Assembly (NCBI GenBank): GCA_028279745.1
Contig: JANQNC010000001.1
Coordinates: forward strand, 1,200,001 to 1,232,000
Source: Candidatus Nanoarchaeia archaeon
GTDB taxonomy: Archaea; Nanobdellota; Nanobdellia; Woesearchaeales; JANQNC01
Direction: 5' to 3'
DNA length: 32,000 bases
Under the pieces are notes generated by a model. That model searched no databases and was not told the DNA's origin. It worked only from the letters and a program-made list of their open reading frames with translations. Below are positions 24,405 to 31,281 of the stretch, piece by piece. Within the stretch, counting starts at the first letter, position 1. Each line of letters opens with the position of its first letter. The position numbers and the translations under genes were made by a program.

Positions 24405-24996
24405 GAGGTGGAGCCATGATACCTTTACCCCTCCACTTTTGTATTAATGGAATTTCATACTCTCTAACTCTTGCAGCTGCTTTATTATCTCCTTGTTCAG
24501 TCAGTAAGGTTGTATGTACAGTAAGCATACCATATCTGTTTCCAAAAACAACATCAGTAAAGATTCTGTCCCCAAACATAACTAATTCATTTGGTTCACA
24601 TCCGAAATATTCTAGAACTTCTTTAATTCCTGCAGGTTTTTTTCTATTATGTCTTAGAACTTTTATGCCTAGCTCAAATTCTATCTTTCTTGCATCTGTA
24701 TGGTGTTTATCATCTTTTGTTCCTGCACCATTTGACATTATCGCTATGTTATCTTTGTATACCTCTTGGAATTCAGAGAACGCATCTTCTATTGTCGGAT
24801 AGATCTCATTTACATAAGGTGCAGTTATTGTATTGTCTTTATCAAAAACTAATCCCTTAAATCCATACTCTTTGAGCTTATTAGGATTAATATTTCTTAT
24901 ATCACAAACAGAAAAATGAGGCATTGCTAAAGATTTATTGAAGAATCTTGGGATAGGAAAGTATAGGATTGCGTCTAGGTTAATACTTTGTGCCAT
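24373..24996 (-). CDS. HAD-IIIA phosphatase of the YqeG/Gep4 (phosphatidylglycerophosphatase) type
   Basis: 207 aa. Motif I is LVFDKDNTITAP (DxDxT). Also IAIMSNGAGTKDD, RKKPAG and FGDRIFTDVVFGNRYGMLTV, matching the DKDN ... SN ... KP ... GDRxxTD layout of TIGR01668/Gep4. Leaderless spacing from the TATA-like ACTATTTATACC. Confidence 0.75.
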   Translation of the reverse strand: MAQSINLDAILYFPIPRFFNKSLAMPHFSVCDIRNINPNKLKEYGFKGLVFDKDNTITAPYVNEIYPTIEDAFSEFQEVYKDNIAIMSNGAGTKDDKHHTDARKIEFELGIKVLRHNRKKPAGIKEVLEYFGCEPNELVMFGDRIFTDVVFGNRYGMLTVHTTLLTEQGDNKAAARVREYEIPLIQKWRGKGIMAPPHERCHADIYR

Positions 24997-25155
24997 TTTA
25001 CATCTGACTTGATGAGAGAGGTATAAATAGTTTTCTTATAGTGAACCTTATACTAATGTTTTCATAAATTATTTTATGGGTTGTTGGAAGAATTGATTTT
25101 TAAACTATCTTACCTGCATCACTTGTTTAGAAAGTTAAAATAAAAAAATTAAGGA

Positions 25156-26781
25156 TTATTTTGCAAATCCTTTTCTATAGTTTGATAAGATTTTAGTTGG
25201 TGTCGGTTTCTCAACTCGTTCCCAATTTTCAGCTCTGCTTTGCAGATCTACATCAACTAGGTTTATCTCTTTCTTGTCCATGTCAATAACTATCTTATCT
25301 CCATCTTCAACAAGAGCAATAGGTCCTTTGTTGTATGCTTCTGGTTCGATATGTCCTATACATATTCCAGCAGTTCCGCCTGAAAATCTTCCATCAGTCA
25401 ATAAAGCAACTTCTTTGTCCATCTCCAGTCCTTTTATTGCAGATGTTGGGTAGAGCATCTCTCTCATTCCTGGACCGCCTGCTGGGCCTTCGTATCTTAT
25501 AATTACAACATCGCCTTTGACTACCTTTCCTGCTTTTATATATTCGGTTGCGTCAAGCTCATCTTCAAACACTCTTGCAGTGCCTTCAAATCTTGAAGAA
25601 ACTGCGGGATCAACTCCGCTTTCTTTGATAACCGAACCTTCAGGAGCTAAATTTCCTCTATAGACTGCAATGCCTCCTGAAGAAGAATGGGGTTTTTCAA
25701 CAGATTTGATAACATCTGTGTTTCCATTATCTTCAACATCGTTAATTCTTGATTCTAAAGATCCTGCAACAAGTTTAACATTAGGATTTAAGAGATCTCT
25801 TAACCTACTCATCACAACAGGAATTCCTCCAGCTCTATCAAAATCATTCATTCTGTATTCGCCTGCAGGAGAAAGCCTAAGAAGATTAGGTGTATTTTCA
25901 CTTATCTCATTTATCTTTTCCAAATCAAAGTCATATCCTGCTTCTTTTGCTATTGCTGGGACGTGTAGTACTGTGTTGGTTGATGCACCAATCGCCATAT
26001 CAACAACCAAAGCATTGTAAAATGCTTCTTCAGTAAGAATATCACTCACAGTAACGTTTGATCTAAGAAGTTCCATGATCCTTCTTCCTGTTTGTGTTGC
26101 TAATCTGTATTTTTTATTGTCAACAGCATGTGCTGTTGCCATACCTGGCAAGGTTAAACCTAAAGCTTCAGTTACACAAGCCATTGAGTTTGCAGTAAAT
26201 AATCCTGCACAACTTCCAACTGTGGGACAGCTTTCTTCCATAATCTTATCATATTTATTTTGATCAATTTTATCTAGTGCATATTGTGCGTCAGCCGCAA
26301 AAGCAGTGACAACATCGGCACCTTCTCCATCTACATTTCCTGGCAGCATAGGCCCTGCTGTTACAAAAATTCCAGGCATATCTTTTAGTGCAGCTGCAGC
26401 CATCAAATAACCAGGTATATTTTTATCACAAGCACCAATGTAAACAACTCCTTCAAAAAGACCGTGAGCTTTTATCATATCAACAACACTATCTCTGTTT
26501 AATTCTCTTGAAGGCAAACTGTATTTCATTCCATCATGCCCCATTGCAATACCATCACATACGCCTAAGCCAAGATTCATCTTAAATCCTGCACCTCCTG
26601 CTTCTGCAACGCCTCTTTGAACTGCACTTGCCAAATGATCAAGATGTACATGCCCTGGACATATTTCATTTTGAGAATAAACAATTGCCACTGAAGGTTT
26701 GTCTATTTGAGACTTATCTATTCCTGTACCATACAAGCAAGCTCTTGCTGCGGGTAATTTTTTAACTTGTTTTGCATCCAT
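25156..26781 (-). CDS. ilvD: Dihydroxy-acid dehydratase
   Basis: 541 aa. Motifs: CDGIAMGHDGMKYSL, GACDKNIPG, SCAGLFTANSM, LLTDGRFSGGT. A GAGGAGG SD lies ~8 nt upstream of the ATG. Confidence 0.95.
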   Translation of the reverse strand: MDAKQVKKLPAARACLYGTGIDKSQIDKPSVAIVYSQNEICPGHVHLDHLASAVQRGVAEAGGAGFKMNLGLGVCDGIAMGHDGMKYSLPSRELNRDSVVDMIKAHGLFEGVVYIGACDKNIPGYLMAAAALKDMPGIFVTAGPMLPGNVDGEGADVVTAFAADAQYALDKIDQNKYDKIMEESCPTVGSCAGLFTANSMACVTEALGLTLPGMATAHAVDNKKYRLATQTGRRIMELLRSNVTVSDILTEEAFYNALVVDMAIGASTNTVLHVPAIAKEAGYDFDLEKINEISENTPNLLRLSPAGEYRMNDFDRAGGIPVVMSRLRDLLNPNVKLVAGSLESRINDVEDNGNTDVIKSVEKPHSSSGGIAVYRGNLAPEGSVIKESGVDPAVSSRFEGTARVFEDELDATEYIKAGKVVKGDVVIIRYEGPAGGPGMREMLYPTSAIKGLEMDKEVALLTDGRFSGGTAGICIGHIEPEAYNKGPIALVEDGDKIVIDMDKKEINLVDVDLQSRAENWERVEKPTPTKILSNYRKGFAK

Positions 26782-26832
26782 TTTTTATTGTCCTCCTCGT
26801 TAAACCTCTTTTTGTTAGAAAATGCTTAAGTG

Positions 26833-26862
26833 GTATATAAAACTTAAGAGTTGGTTTTTAAA
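26833..26862 (-). promoter_or_regulatory. Promoter module (TATA box plus conserved upstream element), copy 2, upstream of ilvD
   Basis: GTATATAAAACTTAAGAGTTGGTTTTTAAA matches 23519-23548 at 28 of 30 positions. It lies 51 nt upstream of the ilvD ATG, the same geometry as copy 1. Confidence 0.6.
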
Positions 26863-26908
26863 TAAATAGCTGAAGACTTATAAAGAATGCCAGTATTCTA
26901 ATTAAAAT

Positions 26909-27001
26909 ATGGCGAAAAAAGATACCGAATGGAATAAGAAAACAGATAAAAACACCACTTTTAACGCAGATGGAACGTCTGATAATTTTGAACCTTATTG
27001 A
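26909..27001 (+). CDS. Candidate 30-aa small ORF
   Basis: MAKKDTEWNKKTDKNTTFNADGTSDNFEPY. TATA-like CTTATAAAG lies ~28 nt upstream (leaderless geometry as elsewhere in the window). The stop is followed by TGTTTTTCTTTTTATTC. There is no homology evidence. Confidence 0.25.
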   Translation: MAKKDTEWNKKTDKNTTFNADGTSDNFEPY

Positions 27002-27055
27002 TGTTTTTCTTTTTATTCAGAAACACTTATAATCTGATCCTATCTATAATCCCTT

Positions 27056-27613
27056 ATGAATGTAATAGTAATACATGGATGTCCATCTAATGTAGAAAAA
27101 GCGATGGATGAGAAAACAAGAACATATGACAAACATTGGATCCCTTGGTTGAAGAAAGAATTAGTTGCTAAGGGAATTAAAGTTGACACTCCACTAATGC
27201 CAGAACCTTGGTATCCTGATTATAACAAATTCAAAGAAGAGTTTGAAAAATATGAAGTGAATGAAGATACTATCTTAATTGGACATAGTTGTGGCACGGC
27301 ATTCTTAGTCAAATGGTTAGGAGAAACAAAACAGAACATAAGTAAGTTGATATTAGTTGCACCCTGGAGAATACCAACAAAAGAAGATAGAAAAGAATTC
27401 TATGATTATCCAATAGATGAGACTATTGGTTCAAGAGTAAAAGAGGTTATAATTTTTACAGCAGATGATGAAGAAGAACCTGGAAAGAAAAGTGCAGAAA
27501 TCTTTCAAAAAGAGTTAGGTGGGAAGTTGATAGAACTTAAAGGACACGGACACTTTACGATGGGAGATATGGGCACAGAAGAGTTTCCTGAGTTGTTGGA
27601 AGAGATTTCTTGA
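27056..27613 (+). CDS. Serine hydrolase of the YdeN/RBBP9 family (alpha/beta fold)
   Basis: 185 aa. N-terminal VIVIHGCPSN, nucleophile elbow LIGHSCG, late GHGHF. Size and layout match PF06821-type hydrolases. Confidence 0.7.
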   Translation: MNVIVIHGCPSNVEKAMDEKTRTYDKHWIPWLKKELVAKGIKVDTPLMPEPWYPDYNKFKEEFEKYEVNEDTILIGHSCGTAFLVKWLGETKQNISKLILVAPWRIPTKEDRKEFYDYPIDETIGSRVKEVIIFTADDEEEPGKKSAEIFQKELGGKLIELKGHGHFTMGDMGTEEFPELLEEIS

Positions 27614-27660
27614 TTTATCCTTATAATTTATAGTGAACACTATGTAAAAAACTTAAATAG

Positions 27661-27680
27661 TTTGCACCTTCTTTTGCACC
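27661..27680 (+). promoter_or_regulatory. Direct repeat TTTGCACC-N4-TTTGCACC abutting the ilvC TATA box
   Basis: Two identical 8-mers (27661-27668 and 27673-27680) lie immediately upstream of AATATAAATTAAAT. A GGGGGA SD-like motif and the ATG at 27712 follow. The repeat alone is not statistically compelling in AT-rich DNA. Confidence 0.25.
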
Positions 27681-27711
27681 AATATAAATTAAATATTGGG
27701 GGAATGAAAAA

Positions 27712-29124
27712 ATGAAAGTGAATTTTGGCGGAGTAGAAGAAACAGTAGTCACAAGGGATGAATTTCCTTTAGACAAAGCGGTAGATGTTCTAAAAGATGA
27801 TGTTATTGCAGTATTGGGATATGGTTCACAAGGACCAGGACAATCTCAAAACTTAAGAGACAATGGATTTAATGTTATAGTTGGACAGAGAGAAGATTCA
27901 CCAACATGGCAAAAAGCAGTAGATGATGGATGGAAACCAGGAGAAACATTATTTCCGATCGTGGAAGCTGCAGAGAAAGGAACAATAGTTTCATATTTGT
28001 TATCAGATGCAGCACAACCAGTAGTGTGGCCAAGCATCAAAGAACATGTTAACGGAAAAACACTATACATATCACATGGATTTCCAGTACACTTCAAAGA
28101 TATCACAGGAGTTGTTCCATCTGAAGATACAGATGTAATAATGGTTGCACCAAAAGGTGCAGGACTTAGTGTAAGAAAAAATTTCTTGAACGGAAGCGGA
28201 ATAAATTCAAGTTTTGCAGTACACAAAGATGCATCAGGCAATGCTTTAGAAAATGTATTGGCAATGGGGATTGGGATAGGATCAGGTTATTTATTCGAAA
28301 CAACATGCGAAAGAGAAGTTGTTAGTGATCATGTAGGTGAAAGAGCAGTATTGCTAGGAGGAATATGGGCATTAGCGGAAGCAGCTTATGACAACTTAAG
28401 ATCCAAAGGTGTAACTCCAAACTCTTCTTTTATACTTTCTTCAGAACAAGCAACACAAGTAATCTTACCTTTGATAGGATTGGGCGGAACAAATGCAATC
28501 TACTCTCAAGCTGAGAAAGAGGGACACTTGGGAACTGTTTTGGCTTATCAGAATGCAGTTAGAGAAGCGACAACGCCAGTTATGCAAAAATTATACGCTG
28601 CATGTAAATTAGGAGAAGAAGCTAGGATAGCTCTAGAAGCTAATATCAAACCAGACTATAGAACAACACTTGATGCAGAGTTAGGTGCAATAGATGGTTC
28701 TGAGATGTGGACAACAGGGGTTAAAGTAAGAGAATCAGGTGAAGACCGAGCATATGACTCAGACATAACAAACTTTCCGTTAGCTGGAGCAATTTTAGGT
28801 GCAATGGAGGCACAATATCAAACTTTACTTGATAATGGACACAGCCCAAGCGAAGGAGGAAATGAAACTGTAGAAGAACTAACACAAAGTTTGAATCAGT
28901 TCTACCAATCAAATGGTGCAGCACACTTACTTAGAGTTTGCAGTACAACAGCTCAACGAGGAGCATTAGATTGGGGGCCTGAATTCAAGGACGCAATTTC
29001 TCCTGTATTTTATGGGGCACCAAAGTACAGTGGAGAAGCAAAAGTTGAATCAAACCAAACTGTAACAAAACCAAATATGTGGGATGTTATGGAAACTGTA
29101 AGAAAACTTAGACCTGGATTCTAA
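27712..29124 (+). CDS. ilvC: Ketol-acid reductoisomerase, long (class II-like) form
   Basis: 470 aa. Rossmann motif VLGYGSQGPGQSQNLRDNGFNV, then ISHGF, VMVAPKGAG, VSDHVGERAVLLGG and a second helical region with GNETVEELTQSL. The length and the GSQGPxQxQNLRD motif resemble plant and enterobacterial class II enzymes rather than the ~330-aa class I form. Confidence 0.9.
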   Translation: MKVNFGGVEETVVTRDEFPLDKAVDVLKDDVIAVLGYGSQGPGQSQNLRDNGFNVIVGQREDSPTWQKAVDDGWKPGETLFPIVEAAEKGTIVSYLLSDAAQPVVWPSIKEHVNGKTLYISHGFPVHFKDITGVVPSEDTDVIMVAPKGAGLSVRKNFLNGSGINSSFAVHKDASGNALENVLAMGIGIGSGYLFETTCEREVVSDHVGERAVLLGGIWALAEAAYDNLRSKGVTPNSSFILSSEQATQVILPLIGLGGTNAIYSQAEKEGHLGTVLAYQNAVREATTPVMQKLYAACKLGEEARIALEANIKPDYRTTLDAELGAIDGSEMWTTGVKVRESGEDRAYDSDITNFPLAGAILGAMEAQYQTLLDNGHSPSEGGNETVEELTQSLNQFYQSNGAAHLLRVCSTTAQRGALDWGPEFKDAISPVFYGAPKYSGEAKVESNQTVTKPNMWDVMETVRKLRPGF

Positions 29125-29145
29125 GTATTTTTTCTTTTTTTTAAA

Positions 29146-29511
29146 ATGGAGTCAATAAGAGAAGTAGTTAAAAACATACCTTATGAGAAAACTAACATAG
29201 GTAACGGCCAAGAGATTGGATTATTTCAAGTTGATTTTCCAAAAGGATGTCTTTCTTTAGCAAAACTTTATTCGGGAGAAACTTATGGTCCACACAAACA
29301 TACAATAGATGAACGAGTTACTATCTTAAGTGGTTCTGGAAGAATTATAATAGGGGATAGAGTGAGAGAATATTCTCCAGATAGTATATTCTACATACCA
29401 AAAGGAACACTGCATGTTTTTAAGACTAGAGAAACAACTTACATACAATCTATCCAAGAAGGGGCAGTAGTTGATACAGAGAGTGGTGAGTTGGATATTA
29501 AGAGTGATTGA
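29146..29511 (+). CDS. Cupin-domain protein (metal-binding cupin_2 type)
   Basis: 121 aa. Motif 1 is GPHKHTIDERVTILSG (H-x-H ... E). Motif 2 is IFYIPKGTLHVF (P-x-G-x2-H). Starts 21 nt after ilvC on the same strand. Confidence 0.7.
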   Translation: MESIREVVKNIPYEKTNIGNGQEIGLFQVDFPKGCLSLAKLYSGETYGPHKHTIDERVTILSGSGRIIIGDRVREYSPDSIFYIPKGTLHVFKTRETTYIQSIQEGAVVDTESGELDIKSD

Positions 29512-29514
29512 ATC

Positions 29515-30195
29515 TTAATTTAAGATTGCCAATGCCATTTTTTCTTTTGGTAATTTTTGATTTAGTTCTGGAAATATTTCAGCTTTTTGAATTTTGTCTA
29601 TCAAACGAACTGTGGAATCTACAAACGGGTAGATATACAAATCATAATGGACTCCATTGTAAACTGTGCCTGAATAGGCTAACGAAAACTCATCTAAAAT
29701 GTAATTACAAAGTGTAAGATAATCATCTTCACTAAATTTTCTATCTGTGACTGAAGTTTTTACAGTGTTTAAGACTTCATTTCTAAATTTAGTGTTATTC
29801 TTGAACTCATTATAAAGTAGATTTGTTGTACTATCGCAGAAAGGATCCTTTTGTTCATAGTCTTCCCATTGGATTATTGGAACGTTGCCCACAAAGTTTT
29901 CTAACTTGTTTTTTACTTTAATGCCATCCCTTAATACTTTTTTTCGATTGTACTTTTTTGAATTGTGGGTTCTAACATCATAATTTGTTACCTGAATCTT
30001 ATCCGCTATCAAAAGTAAAACTTTGTCTTTTGTATTCTCTAGTGCAAAAGTTAAATATTGTGATATGTTTTCTTCATTTATTGAGAAGTCCCGTTCCATG
30101 AAGAATCTATTTCCTAAACAAAGGGGGATAATAATGTTGTGTTTCTTTGCTTTGACGTTTTCTTTTGTAGTGTTAAAGTAGTTTTTTAGTTCCAT
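29515..30195 (-). CDS. Cyclodipeptide synthase (CDPS)-like protein with Cys at the catalytic Ser position
   Basis: 226 aa, the typical CDPS size. IIIPLCLGNRFF (aa 21-32) aligns with the CDPS pocket motif G-I-S-x-G-N-x-x-F and puts C26 where AlbC has S37. NYILDEF carries Y165-x3-E169 (AlbC Y178/E182). Y189-P190 lies exactly 20 residues after the Glu (AlbC Y202-H/P203). Leaderless spacing from the TATA-like TTCTTATAAATTTA. Confidence 0.55.
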   Translation of the reverse strand: MELKNYFNTTKENVKAKKHNIIIPLCLGNRFFMERDFSINEENISQYLTFALENTKDKVLLLIADKIQVTNYDVRTHNSKKYNRKKVLRDGIKVKNKLENFVGNVPIIQWEDYEQKDPFCDSTTNLLYNEFKNNTKFRNEVLNTVKTSVTDRKFSEDDYLTLCNYILDEFSLAYSGTVYNGVHYDLYIYPFVDSTVRLIDKIQKAEIFPELNQKLPKEKMALAILN

Positions 30196-30292
30196 CTCGT
30201 AATGATAACATCTAAATTTATAAGAATCTTTTTCCTATATTTTGCCACAGAATAAAAAGATTTATATATTATATTTTATAATAGATTAAATT

Positions 30293-31237
30293 ATGTATGA
30301 TTTAAAAGATAAAAAGATACTGGTGGAGCTGGATACGAACTGTAGACAGTCAAATACAAGCATTGCAAAAAAAGTATTGCTCTCAAAAGACGCGGTAGGA
30401 TATAGGATAAAACAGTTTGAGAAAAAGAAGGTGGTTGAGGGGTATAGAACACTAATCGATGTAAAAAGACTTGGATACACTCAGTACCGAGTCCTTTTCC
30501 AGCTAGTAAATGTTAACAAAGAAAAATTAGACAAACTAATACAAAGCCTAAAAGAAGAAAACATTGTCTGGGGAATAGCAATTAATGAAGGAGAATGGGA
30601 TTTGGCATTCACTTGTTTAACAAAAACAGATATAGAATTCAATGATTTCTACGAAAATTTAATGTCTTCTCACAGAACTATAATAAAAAATAGAGTAATT
30701 TCTCATATTCTAAAATATCATGAAGTAGGAAGGGGATATTTGGCTAATAAAAGGCAACAGGTGTTAAAACCTGCTATAAATTCTGAAACGGTTGAGATTG
30801 ATCGGATAGATCATCAGATTTTACAACTATTATCTGAAAATGCTAGAATGAAACTTGTAGATATGTCAAAAAGATTTGGTTTAAGCAGTATGTTAATCCA
30901 TCAAAGAATAAAAAAATTAGAGAAACAGAAGATTATAATTGGTTACAAAGCAAACATAAACGTTCTTAGGCTGGGAAGAGACTATTACGGAATAAAAATG
31001 AACTTAAACGATTACTCCGAGAAAGAACAAATACTAAACGAATTATACTCGCTAAAAGAAATGACTGCGGTTATTTACGCTCTTGGGGGTTATGATTTGG
31101 AGTTTGACCTAGAAGTGAAAGACACAAAAGAATTTCATGAAATAATTAACAACTTAAGAAATAAATTCTCCTCAATCAGAGAGATCAAATACATGCGAGC
31201 AATGGAATATTATAAACTGGCACACTTTCCTAAGTAA
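30293..31237 (+). CDS. Tandem (duplicated) Lrp/AsnC-fold protein
   Basis: 314 aa with two complete HTH+RAM units. Unit 1: DLKDKKILVELDTNCRQSNTSIAKKVLLSKDAVGYRIKQFEKKKVVEGYRTLIDVKRLGY. Unit 2: IDRIDHQILQLLSENARMKLVDMSKRFGLSSMLIHQRIKKLEKQKIIIGYKANINVLRLG. Transcribed divergently from the CDPS-like gene across a 97-nt intergenic region. Confidence 0.8.
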   Translation: MYDLKDKKILVELDTNCRQSNTSIAKKVLLSKDAVGYRIKQFEKKKVVEGYRTLIDVKRLGYTQYRVLFQLVNVNKEKLDKLIQSLKEENIVWGIAINEGEWDLAFTCLTKTDIEFNDFYENLMSSHRTIIKNRVISHILKYHEVGRGYLANKRQQVLKPAINSETVEIDRIDHQILQLLSENARMKLVDMSKRFGLSSMLIHQRIKKLEKQKIIIGYKANINVLRLGRDYYGIKMNLNDYSEKEQILNELYSLKEMTAVIYALGGYDLEFDLEVKDTKEFHEIINNLRNKFSSIREIKYMRAMEYYKLAHFPK

Positions 31238-31281
31238 CTAATTCCCAAATATTTTTAAATCATGATTGACTTATTCTAATT

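Noticed and set aside
26909-27001. The small ORF upstream of the ilv genes, considered as an attenuation leader peptide
   Set aside because: It contains no Ile, Leu or Val codons and is transcribed away from ilvD. Archaeal ilv regulation by bacterial-type attenuation is not expected.
27628-27638. 11-mer TTATAGTGAAC shared between the ilvC upstream region and 25036-25046
   Set aside because: By a rough estimate, hundreds of chance 11-mer pairs are expected in this AT-rich window, so this is not significant.
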